Shown here: in pieces, positions 17,629-25,591 of the stretch
Layout of the letters: each line of letters opens with the position of its first letter
Position numbering within the stretch: the stretch's first letter is position 1
Origin: a virus
Taxonomy: Duplodnaviria > Caudoviricetes
Length of the DNA stretch: 64,000 nucleotides
Reading direction: 5' to 3' (one strand)
Virus record (IMG/VR): IMGVR_UViG_3300020576_005257
Coordinates: 96,001-160,000 of that record
The notes under the pieces: model-generated
The model's input: only the letters and a program-made list of their open reading frames with translations
The model's database searches: none
What the model was told of the DNA's origin: nothing
Made by a program: the position numbers and the translations under genes

Positions 17629-18461
17629 TTTGTTTCAGAAAATAATGGTCTAAAAAGTTTCTTCAGATGATCAACATCTATATTGTTAACTGCCATATTA
17701 AGCTCTAATCCTAGTTGATTAGGATGTTGAGGAGAAACGGCTACCAACCACTTAGGTATGGCACAAGAAATAACCATAAAGTTACAACCCACAGCAGAGG
17801 CAAAGAACCTAATTCCCGTATCCACGCTTATACAGCCATTAGCATACTTCAACAATGCAGCTATATGTTCTAGCGGATAGCCATAAAGCTTAGTCCAAGG
17901 CCAATCTTGAAATCTACCTTCTTCTAGATCTTGTTCCGACCCTATAGCGATAGGCTCAATACCCATAGCTTTTAATTGTTCACCCATTTGAAGCCAATAA
18001 ACGTTACTAAAACACTTATTAGGTTTATTGATTTTGGGATCATGTGAAGTACAAGAAGCACTGTGCCTAGCACACAATACAAACGGCTTATTAATTAGAG
18101 TTTTAAAGATCTCTAAAGCAGCAACATCGTCCTCAGGAGTAGGTTGATAGATAATAGAATTGTTAAGAACATTTAAACCTATTTGAGCACCATATCCCTC
18201 AGTCATAGGGATATGTAAGTTCTGTCCTATTTCCATAGCTTTACAACAATCCATAACCATATCTCCTTCTTGGGCTGAATCGTTGAATACGATTTCATCT
18301 ATATATGGGTTACGAGTATGAATGATTCGACTAATACTCTTCTCTGGAACTCTGTAAGTAATTTTACAGTTTGGATCGTAGGCTTTAATAGATCTAATAG
18401 TTGGAGATTGCATGATAGCGTCCCCAATTAGATTCCTACAAAAAAAAGTAATTTGATTCAT
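17613..18461 (-). CDS. glycosyltransferase family 9 (heptosyltransferase-like)
   Basis: IGDAIMQSP, NPYIDE, NKCF..W, ISVDTG. Confidence 0.75.
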   Translation of the reverse strand: MNQITFFCRNLIGDAIMQSPTIRSIKAYDPNCKITYRVPEKSISRIIHTRNPYIDEIVFNDSAQEGDMVMDCCKAMEIGQNLHIPMTEGYGAQIGLNVLNNSIIYQPTPEDDVAALEIFKTLINKPFVLCARHSASCTSHDPKINKPNKCFSNVYWLQMGEQLKAMGIEPIAIGSEQDLEEGRFQDWPWTKLYGYPLEHIAALLKYANGCISVDTGIRFFASAVGCNFMVISCAIPKWLVAVSPQHPNQLGLELNMAVNNIDVDHLKKLFRPLFSETKCPTE

Positions 18462-19210
18462 AATGTGTTGTAAGGCTCCCAGAGCAACTCAAGATTAAAA
18501 TTAGCCAACCAGTCTAGCCGATGTCCCCAGCTTTGCCCAGCCCGATGTTCTACTCCAGGAAAGTTAACGTAAGCTGTTTTATACCCATACATTCTAATTA
18601 GATTAGAGAAATATCTATCACTACCAATATGGGCAAGTCCTTTTAATCCCGCAAACTCTGGGTAGTTGGTAGTTGGTCCACCTAAATCAGTCTCACAAAA
18701 AACTCCTACCTTTTTAAATACCTCAAACTTCACGCACATAAAGTGGCCAGTTACAAAATGAGGACTCTCAACAATAGTATAAGTTTCCTTTGGATGGTGT
18801 TGAGGACTATCTGTATATCCAGTCAACCCCATATCAGTATTCACGGTAAATGGGATAAGGAGATTTTCAAATCCATTTTCCTTTAACATACAATCGCTAT
18901 TAACGATGAAACAATACTCAAAAGGAATTCTACGATGCTCGTTAGCTGCTCTAATCCCCGTGTTCACAGCTCTAGTAAAGAGCTGCTGTTTACCTAGAGT
19001 AATTAATTGGTAGTTTTTAGTGGGGTGTGTTTCTAATATTTGTCTGAGAGCCCTATGAGTCTCAGGAGTAGAACAATCATCTACCACAATTAAATACATT
19101 TCTGGATGGTTGGTGATAATCCAATCCAAAGTTGCTGTAGCGTATTCTGCCGCATTGTGAACAGGAACTATCGCTACTGAGTTTTTTAACATTGTTTCAA
19201 TATTATTCAT
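18458..19210 (-). CDS. glycosyltransferase family 2
   Basis: IVPVHN, IVVDDCS, FTRAVNTG, VNSDC, VFKKVGVF, VEH. Confidence 0.85.
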   Translation of the reverse strand: MNNIETMLKNSVAIVPVHNAAEYATATLDWIITNHPEMYLIVVDDCSTPETHRALRQILETHPTKNYQLITLGKQQLFTRAVNTGIRAANEHRRIPFEYCFIVNSDCMLKENGFENLLIPFTVNTDMGLTGYTDSPQHHPKETYTIVESPHFVTGHFMCVKFEVFKKVGVFCETDLGGPTTNYPEFAGLKGLAHIGSDRYFSNLIRMYGYKTAYVNFPGVEHRAGQSWGHRLDWLANFNLELLWEPYNTL

Positions 19211-19878
19211 TTTGTAAACTTTAGTGTTGGCGTAAAGAGATAACCTTCTTCCACATGCAGACCAAATCTTTCTTTAATTATGGAAGTTATTTCAGTTGCT
19301 GCTATATTAAATTCTTCCCACATCTTTTTAGATTTACCCATTTCAACTTTTTTATATTTTGGTTCACATCTTTTTCTAACATGAAATTCAAGATTAGAAT
19401 GAAAACGCAAACTAAAATTATTAGTTATATTTCCAGGAGTTTCCCAATAAGCTCCATGTAAACCAATAGCCAAATTAGAAAACGGAAGGTCTTTGTAGAA
19501 TCCTATTAAATTAGAAACCCCCATAGCTTTCGACCACAATGAAAAACCTGTAGTGTAATTAGTGATTACTACAGGAGAAATTTTTTGATAGGCCTTAATC
19601 ATCTTTCTGACTTCCTGGAGATTAGCGGCATATACGTGACACCACCAATAAGGCTCTACTTCCAGTTGTTTGGGATTGTTTATTACAGTATGTAAAATGG
19701 CTTGACCAGTAAAACTCTGTAAATCTAAATAAGGACAATGAATAACCTTAGCAGAAATTCTTTTAGCTACTAATTCAGCTATTAGCTTTTTACCACAATC
19801 TGGTACACCAGTAATTTCAATTATAGGATGCAGTAAAGGAGGCGGAGGGGGTAATCCATGCAGTTTAGCCTTTTTCAT
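19207..19878 (-). CDS. thymidylate-kinase-like P-loop protein, degenerate
   Basis: IIEITGVPDCGKK; HVYAANLQE and VVITNY align with the dTMP kinase LF.A.R and V..DRY motifs. Confidence 0.55.
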   Translation of the reverse strand: MKKAKLHGLPPPPPLLHPIIEITGVPDCGKKLIAELVAKRISAKVIHCPYLDLQSFTGQAILHTVINNPKQLEVEPYWWCHVYAANLQEVRKMIKAYQKISPVVITNYTTGFSLWSKAMGVSNLIGFYKDLPFSNLAIGLHGAYWETPGNITNNFSLRFHSNLEFHVRKRCEPKYKKVEMGKSKKMWEEFNIAATEITSIIKERFGLHVEEGYLFTPTLKFTK

Positions 19879-20140
19879 TCTCGTCTTCTGCTGGCTGGCC
19901 CATTACAATCATATAACGATTGATGACTTGTTTTAAAGGAAGAAAGGTGATCATATAGCGATCACCTTTTAATACTAAAAAGGTCAAGGCCTTTCTTCCT
20001 CTAGTAAGATTAATAAGGTTACGAGGTTTTTCTTCTTTGATAGAATGAGCTATGCGTTGTACCGCTTTTACTTTGTAATCAAGTATAGCTACAATTTCAT
20101 CAGCGGCAACCATGTTGCCAAAACCTATGTGAAGTAACAT
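19865..20140 (-). CDS. remA: RemA (DUF370) family regulator
   Basis: LLHIGFGNMVAADEIVAI and LINLTRGRKALT match the RemA NIGFGN / IDATYGRRTR motifs; 91 aa. Confidence 0.85.
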   Translation of the reverse strand: MLLHIGFGNMVAADEIVAILDYKVKAVQRIAHSIKEEKPRNLINLTRGRKALTFLVLKGDRYMITFLPLKQVINRYMIVMGQPAEDENEKG

Positions 20141-20563
20141 TTACAACAAACCTTGAATTTGATTATACTGACTCTGATCAATGGAAGCAAACACATCTTC
20201 TTCCGTATGGGTAATTTTGGAATAGTTGGCTAGAACTTCCTTAGACTCTTCCATTTTTTGGTAGTCTTCAATAGTAGCACCACCACAAGTTCCAGGCTCA
20301 GCATCTGGGTGTGCAAAAGGAGCATTAACTGCTGTTTGAATTACTTTTAATGCAACTTGTACATCTGGTTCGAATTCACCTTCTGGAAGACATCCACCCA
20401 AATTATTTGCAGGTCTAACTCTGGTTTCACATAAAGCACAAAGACGACAGTGCTTATCGTAGTTTTGGCACTTATTAGTTACCAAACACTGAGAATATCG
20501 TGGACACTTGAATTTCAAGTGGGTTGGATAAAGGAAACCTCTGGAAATACTTGGAGCTTGCAT
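20141..20563 (-). CDS. Cys-rich hypothetical protein (possibly metal binding)
   Basis: CPRYSQC..KC..HCRLCALC. Confidence 0.65.
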   Translation of the reverse strand: MQAPSISRGFLYPTHLKFKCPRYSQCLVTNKCQNYDKHCRLCALCETRVRPANNLGGCLPEGEFEPDVQVALKVIQTAVNAPFAHPDAEPGTCGGATIEDYQKMEESKEVLANYSKITHTEEDVFASIDQSQYNQIQGLL

Positions 20564-20564
20564 A

Positions 20565-21002
20565 TTACAATTCGGTGATTATTCCGTCTACATTATCAAC
20601 TCTGGCCATTTTTTCAATCTTCTGATCAAGTTCTAGGACTTGTTTATAAAGAGATCTAATATTACCATTCAACCATTCGTAATCTACTGGCTGAACATTT
20701 AATTCATCATCTTCTGTGGCGTCAAGGTTGACTCTCCAGTTTTCAAGGAATTGATAAACCCCACCTAAAAATTCTCTTTGCATAGTGAGACCAATTAAAG
20801 ACTCACCACTATCTTCCTTTTTAAGCATATTGGCAATAAAGTCTTCACCAGAGGTGGCTGTTTCTATGGCTAGCTGAGCAGCCTCTGCCATCTTAGCATC
20901 CCTGTTCTTTGGAGTCCAACCAGAAAGGTCAGTCAAGGAATCAATCCTTGGCTTAAATACACTCATAGTGGAATCCATCAATATTTGATCTAATGTTCTC
21001 AT
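20565..21002 (-). CDS. hypothetical protein
   Basis: 145-aa ORF tiling the operon. Confidence 0.7.
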   Translation of the reverse strand: MRTLDQILMDSTMSVFKPRIDSLTDLSGWTPKNRDAKMAEAAQLAIETATSGEDFIANMLKKEDSGESLIGLTMQREFLGGVYQFLENWRVNLDATEDDELNVQPVDYEWLNGNIRSLYKQVLELDQKIEKMARVDNVDGIITEL

Positions 21003-21283
21003 GTGGGTCTTTTTGTAATCTCCGTAAGTTTAGTGGCTAAAATGTTTTCTGTGCTGGAATAAGCAATGAGGGTTTTTCGATTCCTCAAAAACCAAAGCAG
21101 ACTTGGAATAAATTTCTTTGGGTATTTGATTTCTTTAATTAAAGTATGGGCATCTAGAACTTCATTAAGTTGCTCTAATAAAAATAAACTTTCATCTGTT
21201 TTCTTATCTTTGATAAGAGTATAGGAATATTGAATAGCTTCTTTTAGTACAGCACATAAATTAGCATGACGATAAAACATCAC
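20999..21283 (-). CDS. hypothetical protein
   Basis: 94-aa ORF with 4-nt overlaps. Confidence 0.6.
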   Translation of the reverse strand: MMFYRHANLCAVLKEAIQYSYTLIKDKKTDESLFLLEQLNEVLDAHTLIKEIKYPKKFIPSLLWFLRNRKTLIAYSSTENILATKLTEITKRPT

Positions 21284-21882
21284 TCTTCCTCCAGAATACC
21301 GTAAATATCAGTGTGCATAACTAAATATCTTTTCTCATTAAGCCCCAAAGATTCCAAATGAACTACAAGAGGCTTATGTGGATCAAAGGTAATCATGTCA
21401 CCAACTTTAACCTGGAATTCAATTGGGTTTCCAGAAATATCTTTCCAACCCTGACCTAAGCTTTTTACTATGGCTCTACAGGGTGGAGTCTTTCTAGAAT
21501 CCACCATTACTACAGTCTGTTCGGTATCTGGGTCGTCAATCTTTTCAACCTCAACAAATACTCCAAGAGGTTTGATTTTATAGGTTTTTTGATCTTCTAA
21601 AATACACATCATATCTAATTCAGAGGCAATATAACAATCCTCACCGCCAAGTTCTGATAGGTTTACTAGCTCTCTTCCGTGAGCCATAACATATACAAGA
21701 TCACCTGGTTTAACAGTTGGTGGTTCGATAATTCCATTGAAATCAGGGAAACCTGGACCAACATCTAGAACCTCACACCATCTAAATTCTCTAACAGCCT
21801 GGTCTTGAATTAAAACATCAGGATTGTATTCATTAATAAGTTTTAGCGTGATATGGTTATTTAAGGGTTTTATTTTAAGCAT
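21280..21882 (-). CDS. groES: co-chaperonin with two tandem GroES (Cpn10) domains
   Basis: domain 1: KIKPLNNHI..EVLDVGPG..VKPGDLV..DMMCILE; domain 2: KIKPLGVFV..IVKSLGQG..VKVGDMI..DIYGILE. Confidence 0.85.
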   Translation of the reverse strand: MLKIKPLNNHITLKLINEYNPDVLIQDQAVREFRWCEVLDVGPGFPDFNGIIEPPTVKPGDLVYVMAHGRELVNLSELGGEDCYIASELDMMCILEDQKTYKIKPLGVFVEVEKIDDPDTEQTVVMVDSRKTPPCRAIVKSLGQGWKDISGNPIEFQVKVGDMITFDPHKPLVVHLESLGLNEKRYLVMHTDIYGILEEE

Positions 21883-21889
21883 AGTCTAA

Positions 21890-22357
21890 TTAAAATTCAG
21901 AAGCAGGAAAAGGTGGCGGATCCTCTTTAGGTAAAACTTCAGTTTCCTCTATCTTTTCTTTTTTACTTGTTTTCTTTTTGATAACTTTAACTTCTTCTTG
22001 CATTGTTTCAGAAGCTTGAGCCTGTTCAGCATACATTGCTCTCATAGTTACTTCTTGAATCTTCTTCATTTCTTCATAGACCTGTTTCATTTTTCTTCTG
22101 TGTTCTAGGGTCTGTGCCATGTGCATAAGAAGAATACTAAAAGTGTCTTCTGGAAGAGTAGTGGAAAGCATTGCTTCAAGAACCTTAGCATCTCTAACAG
22201 GATTAGATTCTATTTTTGGATCAATTGTAATTGATTGTAAAATAGTTCTAGTTCCGTGTAGATAAATAGCCTCGGAGTTCATAGACTTCTGGGTACTAGG
22301 AGTTTGAGGTTCTCCTTCGCCGTCTTCATAAAAATCATCAAATATTTCTGGAATCAT
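21890..22357 (-). CDS. hypothetical protein
   Basis: 155-aa ORF, acidic and helical. Confidence 0.7.
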   Translation of the reverse strand: MIPEIFDDFYEDGEGEPQTPSTQKSMNSEAIYLHGTRTILQSITIDPKIESNPVRDAKVLEAMLSTTLPEDTFSILLMHMAQTLEHRRKMKQVYEEMKKIQEVTMRAMYAEQAQASETMQEEVKVIKKKTSKKEKIEETEVLPKEDPPPFPASEF

Positions 22358-22707
22358 TACTCAACCTTATAATCAAACATTCTCATACCAGAGTTGCAGA
22401 TGCTTTTAGCTTCTGCGGCTACATAGGTTTCAATATAATCTCTCCAATCTCTAAAACCATTAATACTTCCATCTTCACCAGTCCAACTGGGCTTATCTCT
22501 TAAATAAGGCGTAAGATCAAAAGAAGTTTTTCTAACTGATTTAATAGTTTGAGACAGACCAGATAATTCTAAAGTAACTTGTGGCTTATCTTTACCCTGA
22601 TATTTGACAATAAAAGTAACCTTATCACCAGGTTCTGTATTACTATTAATAGATAGTTCTAAGAAGTTGGTTAAAGATCGTAACATCTTTTTAACTATGT
22701 GTTTCAT
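22357..22707 (-). CDS. hypothetical protein
   Basis: 116-aa ORF, TAATG coupling. Confidence 0.7.
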   Translation of the reverse strand: MKHIVKKMLRSLTNFLELSINSNTEPGDKVTFIVKYQGKDKPQVTLELSGLSQTIKSVRKTSFDLTPYLRDKPSWTGEDGSINGFRDWRDYIETYVAAEAKSICNSGMRMFDYKVE

Positions 22708-22709
22708 AT

Positions 22710-23390
22710 TTATAACTCATTTAACAAAGATGATTTAATAGATAACAGAACCTTTCTAAGTTCTTTCTCTGAGATTTTAAGATTTCTCTTAATTTCAACT
22801 TTAGTGTAGCCATCAGATAACATATTAGCTACTTGTCTTTCTTTAAGATTCTCTTTCTCGTTAAAGAGCCTAGGAAAAGGATTATCTAGCTCATCTTCAA
22901 TACTATGATAATCTTTATTCTTAAAGTTTCTGGAAATTAGGTTTGATTCTGTTTCAGCTCTTGACTGTAATTTGTTTACTTTTCTTAGTCTGTTTCTGAT
23001 TGAGAATCTAAGTGTAACCATGAAGTAATTGTATAGTTTCTTATTTAAAGATCTAAGCTTATTTTCATAGCTCAACTTATTATCTATACCTAGAACTGAG
23101 ATGTTACTATTGTCTTTAAGGAATTCATTAATCTCCTCAAAGTTAACTTTATCATTAATCTTAGCATAGATTAATCCAGTTAACTCTTGATACATATCAG
23201 CATCATCTTCAATCTCTTTTCTTACTGGTTTGTAACCTTCAAGTCTAAGAGACTCATTGATTATCTTAGTAATCATAGTAGTCAATGCAACTTCGTAATT
23301 ACCAAGATCTCTTTTCCAGTTAATCAATAAGTTAATTAATTGTGTAGAGTTACCATATCCAGTAAACTTTGCTTGTTTTAGTAATCTCAT
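22710..23390 (-). CDS. sigma-factor-like / C-terminal HTH DNA-binding protein
   Basis: ERQVANMLSDGYTKVEIKRNLKISEKELRK resembles a sigma region 4/LuxR HTH; DADMYQE and YNYFMVTLRFSIRNRLRK resemble region 2. Confidence 0.55.
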   Translation of the reverse strand: MRLLKQAKFTGYGNSTQLINLLINWKRDLGNYEVALTTMITKIINESLRLEGYKPVRKEIEDDADMYQELTGLIYAKINDKVNFEEINEFLKDNSNISVLGIDNKLSYENKLRSLNKKLYNYFMVTLRFSIRNRLRKVNKLQSRAETESNLISRNFKNKDYHSIEDELDNPFPRLFNEKENLKERQVANMLSDGYTKVEIKRNLKISEKELRKVLLSIKSSLLNEL

Positions 23391-23560
23391 ATACTAAGTT
23401 TTCTCTATTTGATAAGGTTCTCTATGTGTAGAGTCTCTTTGTAAATTGTCAAAAGATTGTAACTTAAGTTTGTCCTTACCTAAGTATTAATCTTCATTTA
23501 TGTAACCTTTCGCGTCGAGCTTATTGCTCAACTTTTTTGACTTTTTTTTCAAAAAATCGG
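23391..23560 (-). promoter_or_regulatory. largest intergenic gap; probable boundary between structural and non-structural transcription units
   Basis: minus-strand A-tracts, hairpin GUUGAGC-AAUAA-GCUCGAC (23532-23514), TTGACA at 23452-23447 with only a weak -10. Confidence 0.4.
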
Positions 23561-24640
23561 TTACAGGCTCAAAACTACCCTGTTAATAACTGGTGTCTTA
23601 TAGGTCGAAGTACTCACCAATTCTATTCTAGCTTTGTTAGCAGTTAAACTAGTAGACAGGTTTGCCAAGTCTTCTGGGTCTTTACCATAAATGGTTAAAC
23701 CATCAATAGTTCTAGAATCAGGGTCTTTTACAGTTAATGTTCCTGATTGACTATAAGAGTTACTCAGAACTTTTACATCATACAAACCAAATCTATAGTC
23801 TCCTTTTGGAGTCATTTTAAATCTAATTTGTGAAATGGGTTCTCCTTCTAAATAAATTCTCAAAGGACCAGCTGCTTCAATTTTCTGTGTCCCAGTGTTG
23901 TATCCAGGAACATAGCTGATATCAACATCAACCCACTCACCACCTAAGCCAGCTCCTGCTCTTTGGTATTGTACGCTTTCAATATCAGCTCCAAAAGCTG
24001 GGAATGGGTATAGTTCCAACACATTCGGATTTAGTCCTAAATACTGGAGAGGAGCTTTAATTTTAATCCATGCAGCTCTACCAGGAGCATCAATTAGCCA
24101 AACATTTTTTCTAAGCAGCATATCTAAGCCGTTAGAAGAATTAACGAAATCATAGTTTTGAGGAACAGCTTGAGTAGTATAGGATAATTGAACCTCGGAA
24201 GAAACCTGATTATTACCATAACTATCAGTATGTAGCAGTAAGTTAGTAGAACTAGTAATCGGCAAAGTCACATAGCCAAACAAGCTACTAACATCAGCAA
24301 CAGTATCACTTCCAGAAGTAGAGATATAATTACTGGTAAAGAAGTCTGCCATAACGAAACTAGAATCATCTAATAAAGTATCTACTCTAGAGTTAAGACT
24401 TGTCAATGGAGCATTTAGAGCCGCAGACTGAGCACTTGACGCATCAGCAATCCTAGTAGATCTATCTACCATTCTATTCAAGTAAACTAAAATGGATCCA
24501 ATGTCTTTAGTAATTAAGTCGTGAAACCTATTTAGCACACTACTGCTAGAAGATCCACCAGATTTAATCTTAGGGTAATCAATACTATCAACTAAGATGC
24601 CAGTAGTTTTAAGATTATTGTTGAAATTGTTGTTTGTCAT
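23561..24640 (-). CDS. putative virion structural (baseplate-associated) protein, paralogue family A
   Basis: N-terminal coiled coil, GYVTLP, C-terminal TPVINRVVL similar to neighbouring genes. Confidence 0.65.
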   Translation of the reverse strand: MTNNNFNNNLKTTGILVDSIDYPKIKSGGSSSSSVLNRFHDLITKDIGSILVYLNRMVDRSTRIADASSAQSAALNAPLTSLNSRVDTLLDDSSFVMADFFTSNYISTSGSDTVADVSSLFGYVTLPITSSTNLLLHTDSYGNNQVSSEVQLSYTTQAVPQNYDFVNSSNGLDMLLRKNVWLIDAPGRAAWIKIKAPLQYLGLNPNVLELYPFPAFGADIESVQYQRAGAGLGGEWVDVDISYVPGYNTGTQKIEAAGPLRIYLEGEPISQIRFKMTPKGDYRFGLYDVKVLSNSYSQSGTLTVKDPDSRTIDGLTIYGKDPEDLANLSTSLTANKARIELVSTSTYKTPVINRVVLSL

Positions 24641-24644
24641 AGTA

Positions 24645-25589
24645 TTAATTAAACCATCTATTAGTGGCTTTTCTAGTTCGAAGTTCTTCGAAAAATTTAA
24701 CTTGAATAAGGCAATGTTGTACTTGGGCTATTTGGGCATCAGTAGGATAGATAGAATCAAAATTATCATCTACTTTTCTTTGTCCAACTTTGAGAGTTTC
24801 TGTTAAAGCCAAAATAATATAAAACAATTTTTGACCAAGTAAAATAAATTTAGTGGACTCTCTTGCCCCTCTGCTTCTATGGTTAATTCTGAAAGGTAAA
24901 TTAACTCCAGCAATTGTTCTGCTGGGTGGAAGGAAGAGATTTAAACCTGGCCCAGATCCTCCATTAATTGGGGGACCACCAACATCTACACCAGACTCAA
25001 CAACAACTCCACCAGTATTAGGAATAGGACCACTGCCAGTTGGATTATCTGTTCCACCAGGACCCCCTCCAGGACCACCAGATCCACCACCACCTGGATT
25101 ATGTGGTAAATCATTTCCTGATACGCCCACAATAACAGAAGTAGGATCCCTATCAATCTCAATACTCAAAGGATTTATAATCCTAATCCCACTAAAAATA
25201 GCAGTAAGATTTGCTACTTGAGAGTTATGGTAAGTTTGAGTAGGAGATGCGGCTAGGTTCTCATAAATATCATTACTAAAACCAGAAGTGGCAAGTTGGC
25301 TAAACTCTTGGCTAGATGGAAGATTAAAACCACCAGAATCATAGCTTACTGCATCAAGTGTTCTAGTACCCCCACCACTAGATCCAGGGACTCCTATATC
25401 CCCTCCAGAACTACCCCCAGAACTTCCTCCAGTGTCTCCCCCGTGTGGGATAGATGTACCTGTATTTGTACTAGAAGAACCCTCTCCTTCTCTAGATAAG
25501 TCTAAAACTTGATCATATTCTACGGTAATTTCTCCGTATCCTTCTCTAGGATCAAGATCTAATGGTAGGTTGTAAGAACTTCCTGGCAT
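24645..25589 (-). CDS. Gly/Ser/Pro-rich putative virion protein
   Basis: GGSSGGSSGG and GGPGGGPGG tracts; helical C-terminus after RSRGARESTK. Confidence 0.65.
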   Translation of the reverse strand: MPGSSYNLPLDLDPREGYGEITVEYDQVLDLSREGEGSSSTNTGTSIPHGGDTGGSSGGSSGGDIGVPGSSGGGTRTLDAVSYDSGGFNLPSSQEFSQLATSGFSNDIYENLAASPTQTYHNSQVANLTAIFSGIRIINPLSIEIDRDPTSVIVGVSGNDLPHNPGGGGSGGPGGGPGGTDNPTGSGPIPNTGGVVVESGVDVGGPPINGGSGPGLNLFLPPSRTIAGVNLPFRINHRSRGARESTKFILLGQKLFYIILALTETLKVGQRKVDDNFDSIYPTDAQIAQVQHCLIQVKFFEELRTRKATNRWFN

Positions 25590-25591
25590 GT

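Noticed and set aside
8436-19210. Bacterial chromosomal O-antigen/capsule locus
   Set aside because: No wzx/wzy/ABC transporter or initiating transferase; interspersed with small phage-type ORFs, a homing endonuclease and an intein, and continuous with virion genes
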